From Clostridia bacterium (GTDB taxonomy: Bacteria; Bacillota; Clostridia; Oscillospirales; Acutalibacteraceae), in assembly GCA_017381035.1 (NCBI GenBank), contig JAFOCW010000047.1, positions 1,065 through 65,064 on the forward strand: a stretch of 64,000 bases of DNA, read 5' to 3'. Under the pieces are notes generated by a model, which was not told the DNA's origin, searched no databases, and saw only the letters and a list, made by a program, of their open reading frames with translations. Below are positions 1 to 8,881 of this stretch, piece by piece. How positions within the stretch are numbered: the stretch's first letter is position 1; each line of letters opens with the position of its first letter. The position numbers were made by a program, and so were the translations under genes.

Positions 1-379
1 AACCAAACGCATCATCACCTATACTTGTAACGCTATTTGGTATAGTTATGCTTGTAAGGTCATAACAGTATTTAAATGCAGAATCACCTATACTTGTAAC
101 GCTATTTGGTATGGTTATGCTTGTAAGGCTTTTACAGTTTTCAAATGCAGAAGAACCTATACTGGTTACGGGGTAACCCCCAAGGGTTGATGGAATGGTT
201 TTTTTGCCACTTATGATTGTGTCGCAGTCTGTTATAGTCGCCTCACCATTTGATACTGTATAGGTATAATAATCATAACTATATTCCGTTGCAGCATTTG
301 CGCTAATGCCGAATATGCCTGTTGGTAAGATTGCCAGCAGAAGCGCTATCGTTAAAACTACCGATAATATTTTTTTCAT
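1..379 (-). CDS. BspA-like leucine-rich-repeat surface protein, N-terminal part (gene runs off the left edge)
   Basis: Absent from the ORF track because the window cuts it. Minus-strand ATG at 379-377 follows an AAGGGG RBS. My translation gives [29 protein letters not shown] (signal peptide), then 23-aa units such as [19 protein letters not shown], typical of LRR_5/BspA repeats. A 69-bp nucleotide periodicity is visible (14-59 vs 83-128, one mismatch). Confidence 0.7.
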   Translation of the reverse strand, partial: MKKILSVVLTIALLLAILPTGIFGISANAATEYSYDYYTYTVSNGEATITDCDTIISGKKTIPSTLGGYPVTSIGSSAFENCKSLTSITIPNSVTSIGDSAFKYCYDLTSITIPNSVTSIGDDAFG

Positions 380-429
380 TTTTTAAATAACCCCTTTAAT
401 TAGGAAATAATGTTTTTATTGTACTATAT

Positions 430-458
430 AGTTTAGCACACTAAAGCCAATTTTGCAA
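430..458 (-). promoter_or_regulatory. putative sigma-A-type promoter of the LRR gene
   Basis: On the minus strand: TTGCAA (458-453), 17-nt spacer, TAAACT (435-430), about 50 nt upstream of the ATG at 379. Confidence 0.3.
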
Positions 459-612
459 GGGGGAAATGTAGGGCCGAGCGTCCAGGGCCAAGGGCCGAGG
501 GAAAGGTGTGCCTTTGGCACATATAAACGGCGCGTCGAAGGTACGGCTTATGCCCAGACCCTTTTGTCCTTCGGACATTTCCCCTATTAGGGGAATCTCG
601 CCGTCCCCTACA
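459..612. repeat. GC-rich hairpin-dense intergenic element bounded by inverted TGTAGGG ends (REP-like or structured RNA, identity unknown)
   Basis: TGTAGGG at 467-473 is inverted at 606-612 (CCCTACA). A 10-bp long-range pairing joins 460-469 (GGGGAAATGT) to 575-584 (ACATTTCCCC). Local hairpins: 508-522 (TGTGCC-TTT-GGCACA), 566-576 (GTCC-TTC-GGAC) and 581-593 (CCCCT-ATT-AGGGG). AGGGCC occurs three times (470-496). GC content is visibly higher than the flanking AT-rich spacer. Confidence 0.4.
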
Positions 613-629
613 CCCGACACCTTAAACCT

Positions 630-658
630 AAAAAAGCACCCCGAAGGGTGCTTTTTTT
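630..658. terminator. bidirectional intrinsic terminator (3' end of argH)
   Basis: GCACCC-CGAA-GGGTGC stem-loop (636-651) with an A-run on one side and a T-run on the other, abutting the argH stop codon at 657-659. Confidence 0.7.
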
Positions 659-2030
659 ACAGTTTTTCTTTTACAGATTTTATTTGTGCTTCGACCGATT
701 CTACGGCGGTGCCGCCCTGACTGTTTCTTCTGAAGGTGCAGTTTTCAAGGTTTATGGCATCGTAAATATCGTCTTCGAAAACGTCGCTGTACTGCTTGAA
801 TTCGGCAAGGCTTAATTTTTCAAGCACGGTATTATTATCTATGCAGTAGGCAACAAGTGTTCCCGAAATTTTATAGGCTGTTCTGAAGGGAACGCCCTTT
901 TTGGTTAAATAATCGGCAACGTCGGTTGCATTAATGAAGCCCTTTGCGGCGGCTTCAAGCATATTCTTTTCGATAACGGTCATTGTATCTAGCATAGGTG
1001 CAAAGATAGAAATACATTGCTTTAAGGTATCGAGCGAATCGAAAATTGCTTCCTTGTCTTCCTGCATATCTTTATTATAAGCAAGGGGAAGACCCTTGAG
1101 CATTGTAAGAAGGGTTACAAGGTTACCGTAAACACGGCCGGTTTTACCACGGACGAGTTCGGCAATATCGGGGTTTTTCTTTTGCGGCATTATGGACGAG
1201 CCGGTTGAATAGGCATCGTCGAGCTCGATAAACTTGAATTCCCAGCTTGACCACAGAATAATTTCTTCGGAAAAACGGGAAAGGTGCATCATAATAAGGG
1301 CGGCGGCATTTGCAAGCTCAACCGCAAAATCACGGTCGGAAACGCCGTCCAGACTATTTTCGCAAATGCCCGACATATTAAGCGCATTAGCTACTGCCAT
1401 ACGGTCGGTTGGGTAGGTTGTGCCTGCAAGGGCGCAGGAGCCAAGGGGTGAAAAGTTCATACGTGCCTTGGCGTCTTCCATTCTGCCAATATCACGAAGG
1501 AACATCTGGGCATAGGCCATAAGGTGATGACCGAAGGTAATGGGCTGTGCTCTTTGAAGGTGGGTGTAGCCAGGCATTACCGAAGCCTTGTACTGCTCTG
1601 CTTTGGTTATAATTACCTTAATAAGCTCTTTTAAAAGGGTAATAACTTCATCGGCTTCATCTCTTAAATGCAGACGTATATCAAGGGCAACCTGGTCGTT
1701 ACGGCTACGGGCTGTGTGAAGTTTTTTGCCGGTATCGCCAATTCTTTTTGTAAGCTCGGCTTCAACAAACATATGTATATCTTCGGCCGTCATATCGAAC
1801 TGTAGTGCGCCCGAATCTAAATCGGAAAGAATGGAAGTAAGGCCTTCAATAATTTTTTCGGCATCGTCCTTGCCTATTATTCCCTGCTTTGCAAGCATTG
1901 CGGCATGGGCAATAGAACCCCCGATATCTGAACGGTACATACGGCAGTCTACCCTTATTGAAGAATTAAAATCGTTAACGTCGCTGTCAAGCTGCTTTTT
2001 AAAGCGGCCTGCCCACATTTTTTCACTCAT
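657..2030 (-). CDS. argH: argininosuccinate lyase
   Basis: The translation has fumarate-lyase family hallmarks (GYTHLQRAQP, GSSIMPQKKNPD) and the length typical of ArgH. Start moved to MSEKMWAGRF (ATG 2030-2028), which has a GGAG RBS at 2039-2043. The ORF-track extension MLYFNK... lacks an RBS. Confidence 0.93.
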   Translation of the reverse strand: MSEKMWAGRFKKQLDSDVNDFNSSIRVDCRMYRSDIGGSIAHAAMLAKQGIIGKDDAEKIIEGLTSILSDLDSGALQFDMTAEDIHMFVEAELTKRIGDTGKKLHTARSRNDQVALDIRLHLRDEADEVITLLKELIKVIITKAEQYKASVMPGYTHLQRAQPITFGHHLMAYAQMFLRDIGRMEDAKARMNFSPLGSCALAGTTYPTDRMAVANALNMSGICENSLDGVSDRDFAVELANAAALIMMHLSRFSEEIILWSSWEFKFIELDDAYSTGSSIMPQKKNPDIAELVRGKTGRVYGNLVTLLTMLKGLPLAYNKDMQEDKEAIFDSLDTLKQCISIFAPMLDTMTVIEKNMLEAAAKGFINATDVADYLTKKGVPFRTAYKISGTLVAYCIDNNTVLEKLSLAEFKQYSDVFEDDIYDAINLENCTFRRNSQGGTAVESVEAQIKSVKEKL

Positions 2031-2090
2031 TAATAAAACTCCTAAATAAAATATGTAGTTATTATAATGCAAGTTTTTGTTAAAGTAAAG

Positions 2091-2123
2091 CACAAAAATA
2101 GCCGAAGGTTTCCCTTCGGCTTG
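2091..2123 (-). terminator. intrinsic terminator after the 144-aa gene
   Basis: GCCGAAGG-TTTC-CCTTCGGC hairpin (2101-2120), followed on the minus strand by TATTTTTG. Confidence 0.6.
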
Positions 2124-2127
2124 AGTT

Positions 2128-2562
2128 TTAAAGAAAATCTCTTATATCAATTGCAAGGCGTTCTTCCAGGTTTATGAGCCTTTTGCAAATGTCTTTTGAA
2201 ACTTCGTCGGCCGCCTTATACTGATTAAGATACCTGTTAAGCGATTTAACCCCCATATTACAGCCGTCGGTCATAAGGTCGGCTATGGTGGCATCGGAGC
2301 CATCGGCGGCAAGCTTCATATTGGTTTTAACCCAACTCATACCCTTAACAATTGGGTTTGGGTCTTTGCCGTCATCACGGTATTTATCGAGCAGGCCGTC
2401 AATTTCGAGCGACAATTTATCGTGCTCGTCCTTGCACTTATTAAGCCTTTTAAGAAGTTTTTCAGAGTTTACGTGGGGCATTACGTCATCAATAGACGCT
2501 GTGCCCATTTTTACACCTGCATCACATTCACGAAGAAGCTTTATTGTATCTTGCTCTATCAT
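2128..2562 (-). CDS. hypothetical helical protein (144 aa), function unknown
   Basis: Clean ORF with strong codon periodicity, a charged and probably all-helical sequence, and its own terminator. I recognise no family motif. Confidence 0.6.
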   Translation of the reverse strand: MIEQDTIKLLRECDAGVKMGTASIDDVMPHVNSEKLLKRLNKCKDEHDKLSLEIDGLLDKYRDDGKDPNPIVKGMSWVKTNMKLAADGSDATIADLMTDGCNMGVKSLNRYLNQYKAADEVSKDICKRLINLEERLAIDIRDFL

Positions 2563-2624
2563 ATTCTGTCTTCCTTTCGGTTTAAAGAATGGTTACAGAA
2601 CAAGTATTTGCAGCTACTTTTATT

Positions 2625-3323
2625 TTATTCGCCGAAAATATCGGAAAACCGGCTTGAAAGAGCCATTGAAGTATAATCTTCTGATGAAAGGATGACGTGG
2701 TCTAAAAGGTCCACCGAAACGGTTTTTAACGCATCCTTCAAAAATCTTGTTAATTCAACGTCCTGCGGCGACGGCAGAGCCACTCCGCCGGGGTGGTTGT
2801 GGGCTATAACCACGGCCGAGGCATTGCTTTTAATGGACTTGGCCACAATATCACGAACACTAAGGCCTACACTATCGATACTGCCCGACATTATTATTTC
2901 AAAAGAAAGCACCTTGCCAAGTCTGTTAAGACACAACAGTGAAAGACATTCTTTGTTTACGGCGAAATATTTGCCGAAAATATATTTACCTATTTCGGTA
3001 TGATTTTTAAGAACTTCGCCGAATTCATATTTTTCGAGAGTATAGGTTCTTAGCATTGGGAGCATAAGCTTTATAAGACTTGCCGAATTTTTGGTTATGC
3101 CCGAAATTTTAACTATGTCTTCTATATCGGCTTCAAGCACGCCTGCAAAACTGCCGAAGGTATTAATAAGGTCGTGGGCCATTTTAGATGTATCTTTTTG
3201 CGGAGTTCCGTAAAAAAGCAACATTTCAAGAAGCTTTACGGGCGACTTTGGCTCGGTAATATCGGCAGATATTATTTCTTCTTTAAGCCTGTTTCTGTGC
3301 CCTGCGTGAATATTTTGGGACAT
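2625..3323 (-). CDS. radC: RadC-family JAB/MPN domain protein (UPF0758)
   Basis: C-terminal JAMM motif HNHPGG...SPQD. The N-terminal region (GHRNRLKEE...LLEMLL...) is the canonical RadC helix-hairpin-helix part. Start moved to MSQNIHAGHR (ATG 3323-3321), which has a GGAGC RBS. Confidence 0.85.
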   Translation of the reverse strand: MSQNIHAGHRNRLKEEIISADITEPKSPVKLLEMLLFYGTPQKDTSKMAHDLINTFGSFAGVLEADIEDIVKISGITKNSASLIKLMLPMLRTYTLEKYEFGEVLKNHTEIGKYIFGKYFAVNKECLSLLCLNRLGKVLSFEIIMSGSIDSVGLSVRDIVAKSIKSNASAVVIAHNHPGGVALPSPQDVELTRFLKDALKTVSVDLLDHVILSSEDYTSMALSSRFSDIFGE

Positions 3324-3395
3324 TTTTATTGCTCCTTCTTCCAAAAAACGTATTTTTATGTTACAATAACATAAACTCAAATTTTGGAGATTTTT

Positions 3396-4358
3396 ATGAA
3401 AAGTTTTATTGTTGGTAAAAACGATGCCGGACGGCGCCTTGATAAATTCATTAAGCAGGTTATGCCTACCCTGCCCTCTTCCCTGAGGGACCGCTATATT
3501 CGCACCAAGCACATTAAGGTGAACCGCAAAAAAGCCGAAATTTCAACCAAGCTAAGTGAGGGCGACGTGGTTGAAGCCTGGATTAGCGACGAATTCTTTG
3601 TGGACGTTAAGCCTAAGTATGAATTTTTGTCGGCTCCCACCGCACTTGACATTGTTTACGAAGATGAAAATATAATTCTTGTAGATAAAAAGCAAGGGGT
3701 GCTTGTACACCCCGACGATAAAGAATACCGTGATACGCTTATTGGCAGAATTCAGCACTATTTGTACGAAAAGGGCGAATTTAACCCCGAAGCCGAAAAC
3801 GGCTTTGCCCCTGCCCTTGCCAACCGTATAGACAGAGGTACGGGCGGTATTGTAATTGCGGCAAAAAATGCCGAAAGTTTAAGAATACTGTGCGATAAAA
3901 TTAAGGAACGTGAAATTGACAAGCAATACCTTGCGGTTATTCACGGAACACCTTCCAAAAAGGAAGCCACCCTTGAAGGCTTTTTAGAAAAGAACGAAAG
4001 CAAAAACAAGGTTTATTTGAAGGCTACCCGTGAAGGCGATGCGCTTTCTATTAAAACAAGGTACCGTGTACTTAAAACTAAAAACAACTTATCGTTAATT
4101 GAGGTTGACCTGCTTACCGGCCGCACCCACCAGATAAGAGCACACATGGCTTCAATAGGTCATCCGCTTTTGGGCGACGGCAAATACGGCAAGCTTGCGG
4201 CCGACAAAAAGCTCGGCTTTACACGCCAAGCTCTTTATTCCTATAAACTAACCTTTAACTTTAAAACCGACGGCGGTGTTTTAGAATACTTAAACGGCAA
4301 AACCTTTACGGTAAAAAGGGTTTGGTTTGCAGAAGAACTTTTTGACTTTAAAGGTTAA
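3396..4358 (+). CDS. RluA/RluD-family 23S rRNA pseudouridine synthase
   Basis: N-terminal S4-like segment, catalytic-region motifs (HRIDRGTGG-like [21 protein letters not shown]). ATG at 3396 with a GGAGA RBS at 3386-3390. Confidence 0.88.
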   Translation: MKSFIVGKNDAGRRLDKFIKQVMPTLPSSLRDRYIRTKHIKVNRKKAEISTKLSEGDVVEAWISDEFFVDVKPKYEFLSAPTALDIVYEDENIILVDKKQGVLVHPDDKEYRDTLIGRIQHYLYEKGEFNPEAENGFAPALANRIDRGTGGIVIAAKNAESLRILCDKIKEREIDKQYLAVIHGTPSKKEATLEGFLEKNESKNKVYLKATREGDALSIKTRYRVLKTKNNLSLIEVDLLTGRTHQIRAHMASIGHPLLGDGKYGKLAADKKLGFTRQALYSYKLTFNFKTDGGVLEYLNGKTFTVKRVWFAEELFDFKG

Positions 4359-4827
4359 TATGAACCTCTTTGCCCCCTACGGTGTAGGGGGTTAATTTTA
4401 CCCCTGCGGCCTTGAACATCATTTTAGATGCCACAACCGATGCAGAATCTGCGTACTTGTCGCAAGCATAAATAATTTCTTTAATTCCCGCCTGAATAAT
4501 AGCCTTTGCACATTCGTTACAGGGAAAAAGGGTTGCATAAAGACGACTGCCTTCTAAAGAGCCGCCACGATAGTTAAGAATTGCGTTAAGTTCGGCATGG
4601 CAAACAAAGAAATATTTGGTTTCAAGCTGGCCGCCTTCACGGTCCCAGGGAAACTCGTCGTCGGAGCAGGCTTTGGGCATACCGTTATAGCCAACCGACA
4701 TAATTTTGTTGTTGTCGTCTACAATGCAGGCGCCAACCTGGGTTGACGGGTCTTTACTGCGGCGAGCCGAAAGCTCGGCAATGCCCATAAAATATTCGTC
4801 CCAGGAAAGATAGTCTTGTCTTTTCAT
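4348..4827 (-). CDS. deoxycytidylate (dCMP) deaminase, ComEB-type
   Basis: Zinc-deaminase motifs HAELNAI and PCNECAK, 159 aa. Confidence 0.88.
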   Translation of the reverse strand: MKRQDYLSWDEYFMGIAELSARRSKDPSTQVGACIVDDNNKIMSVGYNGMPKACSDDEFPWDREGGQLETKYFFVCHAELNAILNYRGGSLEGSRLYATLFPCNECAKAIIQAGIKEIIYACDKYADSASVVASKMMFKAAGVKLTPYTVGGKEVHINL

Positions 4828-4828
4828 A

Positions 4829-5488
4829 TTACACCTCTAAAGCATTTATAATTTCGTAAATATCATTCGGCGTTTTTGCAATGTACAAAGCGCCGTTTTC
4901 TTTTAATTCTTTTTCATCCCTGAAGCCCCACAGTACACCTATGGGGGTTGCGCCCGAGTTTATGGCGGTTTTAATATCTACACCCGAGTCGCCGATGAAC
5001 ACCGTTTCACTTGGAGCAACTCCGTAAAGCGCCATAATTTCATTAACGGAAAAGGGGTCGGGCTTTAAGGGGCGCCCTTCGCTTTTGCCTATTACCGTGC
5101 CGAAGATGCCGGGCAAACATTTTTCCATAACCTTTAATGCCATATTATGCGCCTTGTTGGTGCAAACGGCAATATGTACCGAATTTTCTTTAAGCTTTAA
5201 AAGCAGTTCCTTTATGCCGTCGTAGGCACAGGTTTTATCGGCATAGTGGTCTTTATAATGGCTTAGCATTATGTCCTTGGCCATATCTACTTCGGCTTCG
5301 CTTCTTTTGTTTTCGGGCAGGGCACGAAAAACCAGATTTGGTATGCCGCTTCCCACCATATATTTATAAGCTTCTACTTCATGTGTGGGGTAACCCAAAA
5401 CATCAAGCGCATAGTTTACGGAATTGGCTAAATCTTCAATTGTATTTAAAAGGGTTCCGTCTAAATCGAAGACGGCAAGTTTTACCAT
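4829..5488 (-). CDS. HAD-superfamily hydrolase (phosphoglycolate phosphatase-like)
   Basis: HAD motif I DLDGTL near the N-terminus and the GDSGVD motif. Start moved to [13 protein letters not shown] (ATG 5488-5486). Confidence 0.8.
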   Translation of the reverse strand: MVKLAVFDLDGTLLNTIEDLANSVNYALDVLGYPTHEVEAYKYMVGSGIPNLVFRALPENKRSEAEVDMAKDIMLSHYKDHYADKTCAYDGIKELLLKLKENSVHIAVCTNKAHNMALKVMEKCLPGIFGTVIGKSEGRPLKPDPFSVNEIMALYGVAPSETVFIGDSGVDIKTAINSGATPIGVLWGFRDEKELKENGALYIAKTPNDIYEIINALEV

Positions 5489-5567
5489 ATACGCTCTCTC
5501 CTTTATGGGCATTTTAACACAAACCGAACGCTTTTACAATAAATATATAATTTTTTTAAAAAAACAC

Positions 5568-5596
5568 TTGCAAAATGCAGTGTTTTCTGTTATTAT
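5568..5596 (+). promoter_or_regulatory. putative sigma-A promoter of rpmB
   Basis: TTGCAA (5568-5573), 17-nt spacer, TATTAT (5591-5596), about 45 nt upstream of the rpmB ATG. Confidence 0.45.
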
Positions 5597-5643
5597 ATCA
5601 TTTGCTATTGATTAGAAACCTAAATTAAGGAGGTGCAGTATTC

Positions 5644-5832
5644 ATGGCAAAATGTGATATCTGCAGCAAAGAAATTGCTTTCGGCATTAAAGTTTCCCAC
5701 TCTCACAGAAGAACTAACAGAACTTGGAAGCCTAATGTTGTTAAGGTTAAGGCCATCGTTAACGGCACACCCCGTCGTGTAAATGTATGTACTCGTTGCC
5801 TTCGTTCCGGCAAGGTTGTACGTGCTATCTAA
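5644..5832 (+). CDS. rpmB: 50S ribosomal protein L28
   Basis: 62 aa, MAKCDICSK...SHSHRRTNRTWKPNV is the L28 signature. AAGGAGG RBS. Confidence 0.95.
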   Translation: MAKCDICSKEIAFGIKVSHSHRRTNRTWKPNVVKVKAIVNGTPRRVNVCTRCLRSGKVVRAI

Positions 5833-5861
5833 TTAAGATTGACGGTTAAGAGCAATAACTT

Positions 5862-5892
5862 AAAACCCGAAGACAAAAGTCTTCGGGTTTTT
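5862..5892. terminator. bidirectional terminator between rpmB and gpsA
   Basis: ACCCGAAGAC-AAAA-GTCTTCGGGT (5865-5888), flanked by an A-run and a T-run. Confidence 0.75.
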
Positions 5893-5897
5893 GCTTT

Positions 5898-6878
5898 TTA
5901 TTCTTCTTTAAACGGTCTTAGCATAAGTGTTTTTACTATATCTGCTACGGGGTAAGCTTCATAAAGCAGTTTATGCGTTAGCTCTATAATAGGTGTATCG
6001 ACACCGCACCTTTGAGCAAGCTTATATGCCGAAGCACAGGCGAAATAGCCTTCTACCGTTCCAACCTGCTTTAGCGCCATATCTACCGCGCAACCTTTTC
6101 CTACAAGTTCGCCGAACCTATGGTTTCGGCTATGGGTAGAAGTGCAGGTAACCACAAGGTCCCCCATTCCCGTAAGGCCCGAAAATGTTGCCGCTTTAGC
6201 GCCGAGTTTTTCGCCAAGACGTGCCATTTCGGCAAGACCCCTTGTTATAAGGGCGGCCTTGGAATTATCGCCAAGACCCATTCCGTCGCAGACTCCTGCC
6301 GCAACGGCTATAACGTTTTTAAGGGCGCCGCCAAGCTCTACACCAATAATGTCGGGGTTGGTATATACCCTTAAGGTTTCGCTTGAAAAAATTTCTTGCA
6401 CCTTTTTGCAGGCCGCTTCGTCTTTTCCGGAAACGGTTAGCATTGTAGGAATTTTTCTTGCAACTTCTTCAGCATGGGAAGGGCCCGACAGTACCGTTAT
6501 ACTTGCATTTGGAAGCTCTTGTTCAATGACCGACGAAAGTCGCATAAGGGTTGTGCTTTCGAAACCCTTTGCAACGTTTACAATTATACCGCTTGATTTG
6601 ACTTCCTTAAGCCTTTGGGCTGTTTGCCTTACGGCGAAAGAAGGGGTTGCAATAACGGTAAGGTCGTCATTTTTACAAACGCTTAAATCGGTTGTTATAT
6701 CTATATTGTTTGGAATAATAATTCCGCTTAGCAATTTTTCATTGGTGCGATTTTCAAGAAGATTTTGAACCTCTTCTTCAAAGGGCGACCACACGGTAAC
6801 CTTATGGCCGTTAGCGTTAAGGCTTAACGCTAAGGCAAGGCCCCAGCCGCCTGCACCTAATACGGTAACCTTATTCAT
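5898..6878 (-). CDS. gpsA: NAD(P)H-dependent glycerol-3-phosphate dehydrogenase
   Basis: N-terminal Rossmann motif GAGGWG. Full-length similarity pattern to GpsA, and the conserved plsY-gpsA context. Confidence 0.92.
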   Translation of the reverse strand: MNKVTVLGAGGWGLALALSLNANGHKVTVWSPFEEEVQNLLENRTNEKLLSGIIIPNNIDITTDLSVCKNDDLTVIATPSFAVRQTAQRLKEVKSSGIIVNVAKGFESTTLMRLSSVIEQELPNASITVLSGPSHAEEVARKIPTMLTVSGKDEAACKKVQEIFSSETLRVYTNPDIIGVELGGALKNVIAVAAGVCDGMGLGDNSKAALITRGLAEMARLGEKLGAKAATFSGLTGMGDLVVTCTSTHSRNHRFGELVGKGCAVDMALKQVGTVEGYFACASAYKLAQRCGVDTPIIELTHKLLYEAYPVADIVKTLMLRPFKEE

Positions 6879-6879
6879 A

Positions 6880-7542
6880 CTACTTTTTTGAAGAAATTTT
6901 CTTTTCTTCGCCTTTAATTAACCTTTTAATATTGTCTTTATGCTTAATAAACACAATAAAACCTGCAATAAGCGACATTATTACTACGGGTAATATGTTA
7001 TAGGTGATACCCTTTACCAAGAACTGATAGGCAACCGAAACACCGACTACAATTACTGTAGCAATAAGGGAGCTTAGCGAAACAATTTTGCTTATAAGAA
7101 GGCTAATTACAAAACCTGTAAGCCCAAGTATTATAGCTATTGGACAGCATACGGCGAAGGTGCCCACACTGCAGGCAACCGCTTTTCCGCCCTTGAAGCC
7201 GAAGAAAACGGGGTATATGTGGCCAAGCATTACAAAAATACAGCAAATATATGCGCCGTAAGCACTGCAGAAAAGCTCGTTTGCGGTTGCCGCATAAACG
7301 TAGCCGAAGGCCGCTTTACCTATAGCACAAGCGGCATAGCCTTTTAAAGCGTCGAAAACAAAAGTAAGAATACCCGCTTTTTTACCTACGGTGCGAAGGG
7401 TGTTGGTAGCGCCTGCGTTACCGCTGCCCGAATCTCTTACGTCTTTGCCGGCAAATATTTTTGAAAAAATTACTGCAAAATTTATTGAGCCTATTAAGTA
7501 GGCCGCAACAATTGCGCCTATAGCTATAATATAATTTTCCAT
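6880..7542 (-). CDS. plsY: acyl-phosphate:glycerol-3-phosphate acyltransferase
   Basis: Polytopic membrane protein with the SGNAGATN motif typical of PlsY, adjacent to gpsA and der. Confidence 0.9.
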   Translation of the reverse strand: MENYIIAIGAIVAAYLIGSINFAVIFSKIFAGKDVRDSGSGNAGATNTLRTVGKKAGILTFVFDALKGYAACAIGKAAFGYVYAATANELFCSAYGAYICCIFVMLGHIYPVFFGFKGGKAVACSVGTFAVCCPIAIILGLTGFVISLLISKIVSLSSLIATVIVVGVSVAYQFLVKGITYNILPVVIMSLIAGFIVFIKHKDNIKRLIKGEEKKISSKK

Positions 7543-7545
7543 TTG

Positions 7546-8868
7546 TTACTTATCTCCTCTTTCTCTTATAACAAATCGGATGGGGGTACCTTCAAGACCA
7601 AAGGTTGAACGTATTTGGTTTTCTAAATAGCGCTGATACGAAAAATGAAACAGCTCTGCACGGTTACAGAAGCATACAAACGTGGGCGGTTTTGTAGACG
7701 CCTGGGTCATATAGAATATTTTAAGGCGCTTGCCCTTGTCTGACGGGGGTTGTACACGTGCGGTGGCTTCGGCAAGAATGTCGTTAAGCTTGCCCGTAGA
7801 AATACGCATTGTATTCTGGGTATGGACATACTTGATAAGCTCGAAAAGGCGGTCGAGTCTTTGACCCGTTTTAGCCGAAATGAATATGATGGGGGCAAAT
7901 GACATAAAGGAAAAATCGGTCATAAGCTTTTTACGGTAGGAATCCATTGTTCTGCCGTCTTTTTCAACTATGTCCCATTTGTTTACTGCAATTATGCAAG
8001 CCTTACCCTGCTCGAGCGCAAGACCAGCTACCTTTGAATCTTGTTCGGTAAAGCCGTCTACACCGTCGAGCATAATAACACAAACGTCGCTTCTTTCAAT
8101 TGCCATTTTGGCACGAAGCACGCTGTATTTTTCGAGCTTGTCTTCAACCTTGCTTTTGCGGCGAAGGCCTGCGGTATCGGTAAAATTAAATTTGCCGAAC
8201 TTGTTTTCAACCAAAGTATCTATTGCATCACGGGTGGTGCCTGCAATATCGGACACAATGGAACGTTCTTCGCCGGTTACGGCATTAACAAGTGAAGATT
8301 TACCTGCATTCGGCTTACCTATTACGGCAACGTTTATAACTTCGCTTTCAAACTCTTCTTCCTCTTCTTCGGGAAGATATTTTACAACCTCGTCAAGCAG
8401 GTCGCCCGTGCCGTGTCCGTGTACCGAAGAAACGGCTATGGGGTCGCCAAGGCCTAAATTGTAAAACTCATAAAAATCGAGCGGTATGTTGCCGATATTA
8501 TCGCACTTGTTTACGCACAAAACTATTGGCTTGCCGCTTTTTTGAAGCATTGCGGCAACGTCTGCATCGGACGCAGTAACGCCGCTTTTAACGTCAACCA
8601 CAAAAATAATAACGTTTGCCATATCTATAGCAAGTTCTGCCTGGGAGCGCATACCTGCAAGTATTACGTCGTCGGTGCCCTGCTCGATACCGCCGGTATC
8701 TATAAGCATCATATTACGGCCACACCATTCGGCATCCCCATATATTCTATCACGGGTTACACCGGGAGTGTCGTCGACTATTGACACACGTTTTCCTATT
8801 AATTTGTTAAAAAGTGTCGATTTGCCAACATTTGGGCGTCCGACAACAGCAACAATTGGTTTAGCCAT
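7546..8868 (-). CDS. der: ribosome-biogenesis GTPase Der (EngA), double GTPase domain
   Basis: Two G domains (GRPNVGKST and GKPNAGKSS; DTGG and DTAG) plus a KH-like C-terminus, 440 aa. Confidence 0.95.
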   Translation of the reverse strand: MAKPIVAVVGRPNVGKSTLFNKLIGKRVSIVDDTPGVTRDRIYGDAEWCGRNMMLIDTGGIEQGTDDVILAGMRSQAELAIDMANVIIFVVDVKSGVTASDADVAAMLQKSGKPIVLCVNKCDNIGNIPLDFYEFYNLGLGDPIAVSSVHGHGTGDLLDEVVKYLPEEEEEEFESEVINVAVIGKPNAGKSSLVNAVTGEERSIVSDIAGTTRDAIDTLVENKFGKFNFTDTAGLRRKSKVEDKLEKYSVLRAKMAIERSDVCVIMLDGVDGFTEQDSKVAGLALEQGKACIIAVNKWDIVEKDGRTMDSYRKKLMTDFSFMSFAPIIFISAKTGQRLDRLFELIKYVHTQNTMRISTGKLNDILAEATARVQPPSDKGKRLKIFYMTQASTKPPTFVCFCNRAELFHFSYQRYLENQIRSTFGLEGTPIRFVIRERGDK

Positions 8869-8881
8869 ATTTTCACCTCGT

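Noticed and set aside
508-720. 70-aa plus-strand ORF (MPLAHINGASKV...) across the GC-rich element
   Set aside because: It has no RBS. It runs through an intrinsic terminator hairpin (636-651) and into the 3' end of argH on the opposite strand. Its Pro/Ser/Gly-rich composition is what GC-rich palindromic repeats produce when translated.
2031-2093. N-terminal extensions in the ORF track (argH, radC, HAD, PBP, Fic, asp23, spoIIIAA/AB, pfkA, the methyltransferase, DUF1836, AI-2E, spoIIP, thrE and the 3D gene)
   Set aside because: In each case an internal ATG/GTG/TTG is preceded by a GGAGG-like Shine-Dalgarno sequence at 5-9 nt and matches the family's usual N-terminus. The upstream extension has no RBS or overlaps a neighbouring gene or terminator.
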